From NCBI RefSeq assembly GCF_009914755.1, contig NC_060929.1: a DNA stretch of 64,000 nucleotides. One strand, given 5' to 3'. This document shows positions 16,901-29,200 of the stretch, in pieces. The position numbers and the translations under genes were made by a program. Below the pieces are notes generated by a model. It worked only from the letters and a program-made list of their open reading frames with translations, did no database searches and was not told where the DNA came from. Position 1 is the first letter of the stretch; every line of letters starts with the position of its first letter. This DNA is from the human T2T-CHM13v2.0 reference genome, Homo sapiens.

Positions 16901-19900
16901 GGCCTCAAAGTGGTCCGAATATCCACTTGCAGATTCTACAAAAAAGGTTTTCAAAACTGCTCTATGAAGAGGTATGTTCAACTCTGTGAGTCGAATGCAA
17001 ACATCACAATGTAGTTTCTGAGAATGCTTCTGTCTAGTTTTTAGGGGAAGATATTTCCATTGGCACAATAGCCCTCAAAGCGCTCCAAATATCCACTGGC
17101 AGATTCTACCAAAAGAGTGTTTCAAAACTGCTCTGTGAAAAGAAATGTTCAACTGTGTTTGTTGAATGCCCACATCACAAAGAAGATTCTGAGAATATTT
17201 CTGTCTAGTTTTTATTAGAAGATATTCCCGTTTCCACCAAAGGACACAAAGCGAAGCCAATTATCCGCTTGCAGATCTTAAAAAAACACGTTTCAAAACT
17301 GCTCTATCAAAGGAAACGTTCATCTCTCTGGGTTCAACGCACACATCACAAAGAAGTTTCTCAGAATGCTTCTGGCTACTTTGTGCGTGAAGATATTCCC
17401 ATTTCCAGCAAAGGCTTCAAAGCGCTCCAAATATTGACCTGCAATTGTTCAAAAGAGTGTTTCAAAACTGTTCTATCAAAAGGAAGGTTCAACTCTGTGA
17501 GTTGAATGCACGCTTCACATAAATGTTTCTGAGAATGCATCTTTTTAGTTTTTATGGAAAGATATTTCCTTCTCCACCATGGCCCTCAAAGCGCTCCAAG
17601 TGTCCGCTGGCAGATTCCACAGAAACAGTGTTTCAAAACGGCTCTAACAAAAGAAAGATTCAACCCCGTGATTTGAATGCACACATCACAAAGCATTTTC
17701 TGTGAATCCTTCTGTCAAGTTTTTATATGAGGATATTTCCTTTTCTACCTTGGGCATCAAAGCGTTCCAATTATCCAATTGTAGATTGCAGAAATAGAGT
17801 GTTTCAAAACTGCTTCATGAAAAGGAAGATTCAAATTTGGGAGTAGAATGCACACATCACGAAGAAGTTTTTGAGAATGCTTCTGTCTAGTTTATATGTG
17901 AAGATATTCCCATTTCTAGCAAAGGTCTCAAAGGGGCCCAAATATCCACTTGCGGATCCCACAAACAGAGTGTTTCAAAACTGCTCTACGGAAAGATATG
18001 TTTAACTCTGTGAGTTTACTGCAAACATCCTAAAGAAGTTTCTGAGAATGCTGCTGTCTAGTTTAATGTGAATATATTTTCTTTTCCACCATAGCCCTCA
18101 AAGAGCTCCAAATATCCACTTTCAGATTCTACAGAGTGTTTCAAAACTGCTCTATCAAAAAAAAGGTTCAACTCTGTGAGTTGAATGCACATAACACAAA
18201 GTAGTTTCTGAGAATGATTTTGTCTATTTTTCATAGGAAGATATTTCCTTTTTGACCATAGGCCTCAAAAATCGCTCCAGATATCCACATGCAGATTCTA
18301 CAAAAAGAGTGTTTCAAAACTGCTCTATCAAAAGGAAGGTTCAACTCTGGAAGTTGAAGGCAAACATCACAAACAAGTTTCTGAGAATGCTTCTGTCTAG
18401 TTTTTAGAGGCAGATATTTCCTTTTCTACCATAGGCCTCAAAGCGCTCCAAATATCCACTTGCAGATTCTACAAAAACAGTGGTTCAAAACGGCTCCATA
18501 TGAACGAAGGTTCAACTCTGTGAGTTGAATGGACAGATCACAAAGAAGTTTCTGAGAATGCTTCTGTCTAGTGTTTATGTGAAGAAATTCCCGTTTCCAG
18601 TGAAGGCCTCAACGCAGTCCAAATATCCAAATGCAGATTTTACAAAAAGAGTGTTTCAATACTGCTCTATGAAAAAGTATGTTCAACATTGTGAGATGAG
18701 TGCAAACGTCACAAAGAAGTTGCTGAGAATGCTTCAGTCTGGTTTCTTTGTGAAGACATTTCCTTTTGGACCACAGCCCTCACAGCACTCCAAATGTCTA
18801 CTTGCAGATTCGAGAAAAGAGTTTTTCAAAACTGCTCTATCAAAAGAAAGGTTCAACGCTGTCAGTTGAATCTACATATCACAAAAAAGTTTCTGAGAAT
18901 GCCTCTATCTACTTTTTATGTGAAGATATTCCGGTTTCCAACGAAGGCCTCAAAGCACTCCAAATATCTACTTGCAGATTCTAGAAAAAGAGTGTTTCAA
19001 AACTGCTCTATTAAAGGAAGGTTCAACTCTGTGAGTTGAATTCACACATCTCAAAGAAGTTTCTCAGAATGCTTCTATCGAGTTTTTATGAGAATATATT
19101 ACTGTTTCCTATGAAGGCCTCAAAGTGGTCCAAATATCCACTTGCAGATAATACAAAAAGAAGTTTTCAAACCTGCTCTATGAAGAGGTATGTTCAACTA
19201 TGTGAGTTGAATGCAAACATCACAAAGTAGTTTCTGAGAATGCTTCTGTCTAGTTTTTAGGTGAAGATATTTCCATTTCCAGGAAAGGTCACAAAGTGGT
19301 CCAAATATCCACTTGCAGATTCTACAAAAAGAGGTTTTAAAAACAGCTCTATGAAGGGGTATGTTCAACTCTGTGAGTTGAATGCAAACATCAAAAAGTA
19401 GTTTCTGAGGATGCTTCTTTCTAGTTTTTATCTGAAGATATTTCCTTCTCTACCATAGCCCTCAAAGCGCTCCAAGTGTCCGCAGGCAGATTCCACAGAG
19501 ACAGTGTTTCAAAACTGCTCTAGCAAGAGAAAGGTTCAACTCCGTGATATGAATGCACACATCACAAAGCATTTTCTGTGAATCCTTCTGTCTAGTTTTT
19601 ATATGAGGATATTTCCTTTTCTACCATGGGCATCAAAGAGTTCCAAATATCCAATTGTAGATTCTACAAATAGAGTGTTTCAAAACTGCTTCATGAAAAG
19701 GAAGATTCAAATTTGGGAGTAGAATGCACACATCACGAAGAAGTTTCTGAGAATGCTTCTGTCTAGTTTATATGTGAAGATATTCCCATTTCCAGCAAAG
19801 GTCTCAAAGCGGCCCAAATATCCACTTGCGGATCCCACAAACAGAGTGTTTCAAAACTGCTCTACGGAAAGGTATGTTCAACTCTGTGAGTTTACTGCAA

Positions 19901-22900
19901 ACATCCTAAAGAAGTTTCTGAGAATGCTGCTGTCTAGTTTAATGTGAATATATTTTCTTTTTCGCCATAGCCCTCAAATAGTTCCAAATATACACTTTCA
20001 GATTCTACAGAGTGTTTCAAAACTGCTCTATCAAAAAAAAGTTTCAACTCGGTGAGTCGAATGCACATATCACAAAGCAGTTTCTGAGAATGCTTTCGTC
20101 TATTTTTCCCAGGAAGATATTTCCTTTTTGACCGCAGGCCTCAAATCGCTCCAGATATCCACATGCAGATTCTACAAAAAGAGTGTTTCCAAACTGCCCT
20201 ATCAAAAGGAAGGTTCAACTCTGGTAGTTGAATGCAAACATCACAAAGAAGTTTCTCAGAATGCTTCTGTCTAGTTGTTATAGGCAGATATTTCGTTTTC
20301 TACCATAGGCCTCAAAGCGCTCTAAATATCCACTTGCAGATCCTCCAAAAACAATGTTTCAAAACTGCTCCATAAAAAGGAAGGTTCAACTCTGTGAGTT
20401 GAATGGACAGATCACCAAGAAGTTTCTGAGAATGCTTCTGTCTAGTGTTTATGTGAAGATATTCCCGTTTCCGATGAAGGCCTCAAAGCAGTCCAAATAT
20501 CCACTTGCAGATTCTACAAAAATAGTGTTTCAAAACTGCTCTATGGAAAGGTATGTTCAACACTGTGAGATGAATGCAAACGTCACAAGGAAGTTGCTGA
20601 GAATGCTTCAGTCTAGTTTCTATGGGAAGACATTTCCTTTTGCACCACAGCCCTCAAAGCACTCCAAATGTCTACTTGCAGATTCGATAAAAGAGTTTTT
20701 CAAAACTACTCTATCAAAAGAAAGGTTCAACGCTGTGAGTTGAATCTACATATCACAAAAAAGTTTCTGAGAATGCCTCTATCTACTTTTTATGTGAAGG
20801 TATTCCGGTTTCCAACGAAGGCCTCAAAGCGCTCCAAATATCTACTTGCAGACTCTGGAAAAAGAGTGTTTCAAAATTGCTCTATTAAAGGAAGGTTCAT
20901 CTCTGTGAGTTGAATTCACACATTACAAAGAACTTTCTGACAATGCTTCTATCTAGTTTTTATGTGAAGATATTACTGTTTCCTATGAAGGCCTCAAAGT
21001 GGTCCGAATATCCACTTGCAGATTCTACAAAAAAGGTTTTCAAAACTGCTCTATGAAGAGGTATGTTCAACTCTGTGAGTCGAATGCAAACATCACAATG
21101 TAGTTTCTGAGAATGCTTCTGTCTAGTTTTTAGGGGAAGATATTTCCATTGGCACAATAGCCCTCAAAGCGCTCCAAATATCCACTGGCAGATTCTACCA
21201 AAAGAGTGTTTCAAAACTGCTCTGTGAAAAGAAATGTTCAACTGTGTTTGTTGAATGCCCACATCACAAAGAAGATTCTGAGAATATTTCTGTCTAGTTT
21301 TTATTAGAAGATATTCCCGTTTCCACCAAAGGACACAAAGCGAAGCCAATTATCCGCTTGCAGATCTTAAAAAAACACGTTTCAAAACTGCTCTATCAAA
21401 GGAAACGTTCATCTCTCTGGGTTCAACGCACACATCACAAAGAAGTTTCTCAGAATGCTTCTGGCTACTTTGTGCGTGAAGATATTCCCATTTCCAGCAA
21501 AGGCTTCAAAGCGCTCCAAATATTGACCTGCAATTGTTCAAAAGAGTGTTTCAAAACTGTTCTATCAAAAGGAAGGTTCAACTCTGTGAGTTGAATGCAC
21601 GCTTCACATAAATGTTTCTGAGAATGCATCTTTTTAGTTTTTATGGAAAGATATTTCCTTCTCCACCATGGCCCTCAAAGCGCTCCAAGTGTCCGCTGGC
21701 AGATTCCACAGAAACAGTGTTTCAAAACGGCTCTAACAAAAGAAAGATTCAACCCCGTGATTTGAATGCACACATCACAAAGCATTTTCTGTGAATCCTT
21801 CTGTCAAGTTTTTATATGAGGATATTTCCTTTTCTACCTTGGGCATCAAAGCGTTCCAATTATCCAATTGTAGATTGCAGAAATAGAGTGTTTCAAAACT
21901 GCTTCATGAAAAGGAAGATTCAAATTTGGGAGTAGAATGCACACATCACGAAGAAGTTTTTGAGAATGCTTCTGTCTAGTTTATATGTGAAGATATTCCC
22001 ATTTCTAGCAAAGGTCTCAAAGGGGCCCAAATATCCACTTGCGGATCCCACAAACAGAGTGTTTCAAAACTGCTCTACGGAAAGATATGTTTAACTCTGT
22101 GAGTTTACTGCAAACATCCTAAAGAAGTTTCTGAGAATGCTGCTGTCTAGTTTAATGTGAATATATTTTCTTTTCCACCATAGCCCTCAAAGAGCTCCAA
22201 ATATCCACTTTCAGATTCTACAGAGTGTTTCAAAACTGCTCTATCAAAAAAAAGGTTCAACTCTGTGAGTTGAATGCTCATAACACAAAGTAGTTTCTGA
22301 GAATGATTTTGTCTATTTTTCATAGGAAGATATTTCCTTTTTGACCATAGGCCTCAAAAATCGCTCCAGATATCCACATGCAGATTCTACAAAAAGAGTG
22401 TTTCAAAACTGCTCTATCAAAAGGAAGGTTCAACTCTGGAAGTTGAAGGCAAACATCACAAACAAGTTTCTGAGAATGCTTCTGTCTAGTTTTTAGAGGC
22501 AGATATTTCCTTTTCTACCATAGGCCTCAAAGCGCTCCAAATATCCACTTGCAGATTCTACAAAAACAGTGGTTCAAAACGGCTCCATATGAACGAAGGT
22601 TCAACTCTGTGAGTTGAATGGACAGATCACAAAGAAGTTTCTGAGAATGCTTCTGTCTAGTGTTTATGTGAAGAAATTCCCGTTTCCAGTGAAGGCCTCA
22701 ACGCAGTCCAAATATCCAAATGCAGATTTTACAAAAAGAGTGTTTCAATACTGCTCTATGAAAAAGTATGTTCAACATTGTGAGATGAGTGCAAACGTCA
22801 CAAAGAAGTTGCTGAGAATGCTTCAGTCTGGTTTCTTTGTGAAGACATTTCCTTTTGGACCACAGCCCTCACAGCACTCCAAATGTCTACTTGCAGATTC

Positions 22901-25900
22901 GAGAAAAGAGTTTTTCAAAACTGCTCTATCAAAAGAAAGGTTCAACGCTGTCAGTTGAATCTACATATCACAAAAAAGTTTCTGAGAATGCCTCTATCTA
23001 CTTTTTATGTGAAGATATTCCGGTTTCCAACGAAGGCCTCAAAGCACTCCAAATATCTACTTGCAGATTCTAGAAAAAGAGTGTTTCAAAACTGCTCTAT
23101 TAAAGGAAGGTTCAACTCTGTGAGTTGAATTCACACATCTCAAAGAAGTTTCTCAGAATGCTTCTATCGAGTTTTTATGAGAATATATTACTGTTTCCTA
23201 TGAAGGCCTCAAAGTGGTCCAAATATCCACTTGCAGATAATACAAAAAGAAGTTTTCAAACCTGCTCTATGAAGAGGTATGTTCAACTATGTGAGTTGAA
23301 TGCAAACATCACAAAGTAGTTTCTGAGAATGCTTCTGTCTAGTTTTTAGGTGAAGATATTTCCATTTCCAGGAAAGGTCACAAAGTGGTCCAAATATCCA
23401 CTTGCAGATTCTACAAAAAGAGGTTTTAAAAACAGCTCTATGAAGGGGTATGTTCAACTCTGTGAGTTGAATGCAAACATCAAAAAGTAGTTTCTGAGGA
23501 TGCTTCTTTCTAGTTTTTATCTGAAGATATTTCCTTCTCTACCATAGCCCTCAAAGCGCTCCAAGTGTCCGCAGGCAGATTCCACAGAGACAGTGTTTCA
23601 AAACTGCTCTAGCAAGAGAAAGGTTCAACTCCGTGATATGAATGCACACATCACAAAGCATTTTCTGTGAATCCTTCTGTCTAGTTTTTATATGAGGATA
23701 TTTCCTTTTCTACCATGGGCATCAAAGAGTTCCAAATATCCAATTGTAGATTCTACAAATAGAGTGTTTCAAAACTGCTTCATGAAAAGGAAGATTCAAA
23801 TTTGGGAGTAGAATGCACACATCACGAAGAAGTTTCTGAGAATGCTTCTGTCTAGTTTATATGTGAAGATATTCCCATTTCCAGCAAAGGTCTCAAAGCG
23901 GCCCAAATATCCACTTGCGGATCCCACAAACAGAGTGTTTCAAAACTGCTCTACGGAAAGGTATGTTCAACTCTGTGAGTTTACTGCAAACATCCTAAAG
24001 AAGTTTCTGAGAATGCTGCTGTCTAGTTTAATGTGAATATATTTTCTTTTTCGCCATAGCCCTCAAATAGTTCCAAATATACACTTTCAGATTCTACAGA
24101 GTGTTTCAAAACTGCTCTATCAAAAAAAAGTTTCAACTCGGTGAGTCGAATGCACATATCACAAAGCAGTTTCTGAGAATGCTTTCGTCTATTTTTCCCA
24201 GGAAGATATTTCCTTTTTGACCGCAGGCCTCAAATCGCTCCAGATATCCACATGCAGATTCTACAAAAAGAGTGTTTCCAAACTGCCCTATCAAAAGGAA
24301 GGTTCAACTCTGGTAGTTGAATGCAAACATCACAAAGAAGTTTCTCAGAATGCTTCTGTCTAGTTGTTATAGGCAGATATTTCGTTTTCTACCATAGGCC
24401 TCAAAGCGCTCTAAATATCCACTTGCAGATCCTCCAAAAACAATGTTTCAAAACTGCTCCATAAAAAGGAAGGTTCAACTCTGTGAGTTGAATGGACAGA
24501 TCACCAAGAAGTTTCTGAGAATGCTTCTGTCTAGTGTTTATGTGAAGATATTCCCGTTTCCGATGAAGGCCTCAAAGCAGTCCAAATATCCACTTGCAGA
24601 TTCTACAAAAATAGTGTTTCAAAACTGCTCTATGGAAAGGTATGTTCAACACTGTGAGATGAATGCAAACGTCACAAGGAAGTTGCTGAGAATGCTTCAG
24701 TCTAGTTTCTATGGGAAGACATTTCCTTTTGCACCACAGCCCTCAAAGCACTCCAAATGTCTACTTGCAGATTCGATAAAAGAGTTTTTCAAAACTACTC
24801 TATCAAAAGAAAGGTTCAACGCTGTGAGTTGAATCTACATATCACAAAAAAGTTTCTGAGAATGCCTCTATCTACTTTTTATGTGAAGGTATTCCGGTTT
24901 CCAACGAAGGCCTCAAAGCGCTCCAAATATCTACTTGCAGACTCTGGAAAAAGAGTGTTTCAAAATTGCTCTATTAAAGGAAGGTTCATCTCTGTGAGTT
25001 GAATTCACACATTACAAAGAACTTTCTGACAATGCTTCTATCTAGTTTTTATGTGAAGATATTACTGTTTCCTATGAAGGCCTCAAAGTGGTCCGAATAT
25101 CCACTTGCAGATTCTACAAAAAAGGTTTTCAAAACTGCTCTATGAAGAGGTATGTTCAACTCTGTGAGTCGAATGCAAACATCACAATGTAGTTTCTGAG
25201 AATGCTTCTGTCTAGTTTTTAGGGGAAGATATTTCCATTGGCACAATAGCCCTCAAAGCGCTCCAAATATCCACTGGCAGATTCTACCAAAAGAGTGTTT
25301 CAAAACTGCTCTGTGAAAAGAAATGTTCAACTGTGTTTGTTGAATGCCCACATCACAAAGAAGATTCTGAGAATATTTCTGTCTAGTTTTTATTAGAAGA
25401 TATTCCCGTTTCCACCAAAGGACACAAAGCGAAGCCAATTATCCGCTTGCAGATCTTAAAAAAACACGTTTCAAAACTGCTCTATCAAAGGAAACGTTCA
25501 TCTCTCTGGGTTCAACGCACACATCACAAAGAAGTTTCTCAGAATGCTTCTGGCTACTTTGTGCGTGAAGATATTCCCATTTCCAGCAAAGGCTTCAAAG
25601 CGCTCCAAATATTGACCTGCAATTGTTCAAAAGAGTGTTTCAAAACTGTTCTATCAAAAGGAAGGTTCAACTCTGTGAGTTGAATGCACGCTTCACATAA
25701 ATGTTTCTGAGAATGCATCTTTTTAGTTTTTATGGAAAGATATTTCCTTCTCCACCATGGCCCTCAAAGCGCTCCAAGTGTCCGCTGGCAGATTCCACAG
25801 AAACAGTGTTTCAAAACGGCTCTAACAAAAGAAAGATTCAACCCCGTGATTTGAATGCACACATCACAAAGCATTTTCTGTGAATCCTTCTGTCAAGTTT

Positions 25901-26263
25901 TTATATGAGGATATTTCCTTTTCTACCTTGGGCATCAAAGCGTTCCAATTATCCAATTGTAGATTGCAGAAATAGAGTGTTTCAAAACTGCTTCATGAAA
26001 AGGAAGATTCAAATTTGGGAGTAGAATGCACACATCACGAAGAAGTTTTTGAGAATGCTTCTGTCTAGTTTATATGTGAAGATATTCCCATTTCCAGCAA
26101 AGGTCTCAAAGGGGCCCAAATATCCACTTGCGGATCCCACAAACAGAGTGTTTCAAAACTGCTCTACGGAAAGATATGTTTAACTCTGTGAGTTTACTGC
26201 AAACATCCTAAAGAAGTTTCTGAGAATGCTGCTGTCTAGTTTAATGTGAATATATTTTCTTTT
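13965..26263 (-). repeat. Alpha-satellite 24-mer (11+13 monomers), 4089-bp unit, 3 near-identical tandem copies
   Basis: Identical ORF-track translations recur at 14436/18525/22614, 16265/20354/24443 and 17523/21612/25701 (exact 4089-bp spacing). Internal spacing between monomer-1 homologues is 1874 + 2215. Confidence 0.96.
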
Positions 26264-29200
26264 TCGCCATAGCCCTCAAAGAGCTCCAAATATCCACTTT
26301 CAGATTCTACAGAGTGTTTTAAAACTGCTCTATCAAAAAAAAGTTTCAACTCGGTGAGTCGAATGCACATATCACAAAGCAGTTTCTGAGAATGGTTTCG
26401 TCTATTTTTCCCAGGAAGATATTTCCTTTTTGACCGCAGGCCTCAAATCGCTCCAGATATCCACATGCAGATTCTACAAAAAGAGTGTTTCCAAACTGCC
26501 CTATCAAAAGGAAGGTTCAACTCTGGTAGTTGAAGGCAAACATCACAAAGAAGTTTCTCAGAATGCTTGTGCCTAGTTGTCATAAGCAGATATTTCTTTT
26601 TCTACCATAGGTCTCAAAGCGTTCCAAATAGCCACTTGCAGATTCTCCAAAAACAGTGTTTCAAAACTGCTCCATAAAAAGGAAGGTTCAACTCTGTGAG
26701 TTGAATGGACAGATCACAAAGAAGTTTCTGAGAATGCTTCTGTCTAGTGTTTATGTGAAGATATTCCCGTTTCCGATGAAGGCCTCAAAGCAGTCCAAAT
26801 ATCCACTTGGAGATTCTACAAAAATAGTGCTTCAAAACTACTGTATGGAAAGGTATGTTCAACACTGTGAGATGAATGCAAACGTCACAAAGAAGTTGCT
26901 GAGAATGCTTCAGTCTAGTTTCTATGGGAAGACATTTCCTTTTGCACCACAGCTCTCAAAGCACTCCAAATATCTATTTGCAGATTCGATATAAGAGTTT
27001 TTCAAAACCGCTGTATCAAAAGAAAAGTTCAACGCTGTTAGTTGAATCTACATATCACAAAAAAGTTTCTGAGAATGCCTCTATCTACTTTTTGTGTGAA
27101 GATATTCCGGTTTCCAACGAAGGCCTCAAAGCGCTCCAAATATCTACTTGCAGATTCTAGAAAAAGAGTGTTTCAAAACTGCTCTATTAAACGAAGGTTC
27201 AACTCTGTGAGTTGAATTTACACATCACAAAGAACTTTCTGAGAATGCTTCTATCTAGTTTTTATGTGAAGATATTACTGTTTCCTATGAAGGCCTCAAA
27301 GTGGTCCGAATATCCACTTGCAGATTCTACAAAAAGAGGTTTTCAAAACTGCTCTATGCACACGTATGTTCAACTCTGTGAGTTGAATGCAAACATCACG
27401 AAGCAGTTTCTGAGAATGCTTCTGTCTAGTTTTTAGGGGCAGATATTTCCGTTGGCACAATAGCCCTCAAAGCGCTCCAAATATCCACTGGCAGATTCTA
27501 CCAAAAGAGTGTTTCAAAACTGCTCTGTGAAAAGAAACGTTCAACTGTGTTAGTTGATTGCCCACATCACAAAGAAGATTCTGAGAATATTTCTGTCTAG
27601 TTTTTATTAGAAGATATTCCCGTTTCCACCAAAGGACACACAGCGAAGCCAACTATCCGCTTGCAGACCTTACAAAAACACGTTCCAAAACTGCTCTATC
27701 AAAGGAAAGGTTCATCTCTCTGGGTTCAACGCACACATCACAAGGAAGTTTCTGAGAATGCTTCTGGCTAGTTTGTGTGTGAAGATATTCCCATTTCCAA
27801 CAAAGGCTTCAAAGCCCTCCAAATATTCACCTGCAAATGTTCAAAAGAGTGATTCAAAACTGTTCTATCAAAAGGAAGGTTCAACTCTGTGAGTTGAATG
27901 CACGCTTCACATAAATGGTTCTGAGAATGCTTCTTTCTAGTTTTTATGTGAAGATATTTCCTTCTCCACCATAGCCCTCAAAGCGCTCCAAGTGTCCGCT
28001 GGCAGATTCCACAGAAACAGTGTTTCAAAACTGCTCTGACAAAAGAAAGATTCAACTCCGTGATTTGAATGCACACATCACAAAGCATTTTCTGTGAATC
28101 CTTCTGTCTAGTTTTTATATGACGATATTTCCTTTTCTACCACGGGCATCCAAGCGTTCCAATTCTCCAATTGTAGATTGCATAAACAGAGTGTTTCAAA
28201 ACTGCTCCATGAGAAGGAAGATTCAAATTTGGGAGTACAATGCACACATCACCAAGAAGTTTCTGAGTATGCTTCTGTCTAGTTTATATGTGAAGATATT
28301 CCCGTTTCCAGCAAAGGTCTCAAAGGGGTCTAAATATCCACTTGCGGATCCCTCAAACAGAGTGTTTCAAAAGTGCTCTACGGAAAGGTATGTTCAACTC
28401 TGTGAGTTTACTGCAAACATCCTAAAGAAGTTTCTGGGAATGCTGCTGTCTAGTTTAATGTGAATATATTTTCTTTTCCGCCATAGCCCTCAAAGAGCTC
28501 CAAATATCCACTTTCAGATTCTACAGAGTGTTTCAAAACTGCTCTATCCAAAAAAAGTTTCAACTCGGTGAGTCGAATGCACATATCACAAAGCAGTTTC
28601 TGAGAATGCTTTCGTCTATCTTTCCCAGGAAGATATTTCCTTTTGGACCGTAGGCCTCAAATCGTTCCAGATATCCACATGCAGATTCTACAAAAAGAGT
28701 GTTTCCAAACTGCCCTATCAAAAGGAAGGTTCAACTCTGGTAGTTGAAGGCAAACATCACAAAGAAGTTTCTCAGAATGCTTCTGTCTAGTTGTCATAGG
28801 CAGATATTTCTTTTTCTACCATAGGCCTCAAAGCGCTCCAAATATCCACTTGCAGATTCTCCAAAAACAGGGTTTCAAAACTGCTCCATAAAAAGGAAGG
28901 TTCAACTCTGTGAGTTGAATGGACAGACCACAAAGAAGTTTCTGAGAATGCTTCTGTCTAGTGTTTATGTGAAGATATTCCCGTTTCCGATGAAGGCCTC
29001 AAAGCAGTCCAAATATCCACTTGCAGATTCTACAAAAATAGTGCTTCAAAACTACTCTATGGAAAGGTATGTTCAACACTGTGAGATGAATGCAAACGTC
29101 ACAAAGAAGTTGCTGAGAATGCTTCAGTCTAGTTTCTATGGGAAGACATTTCCTTTTGCACCACAGCCCTCAAAGCACTCCAAATGTCTACTTGCAGATT

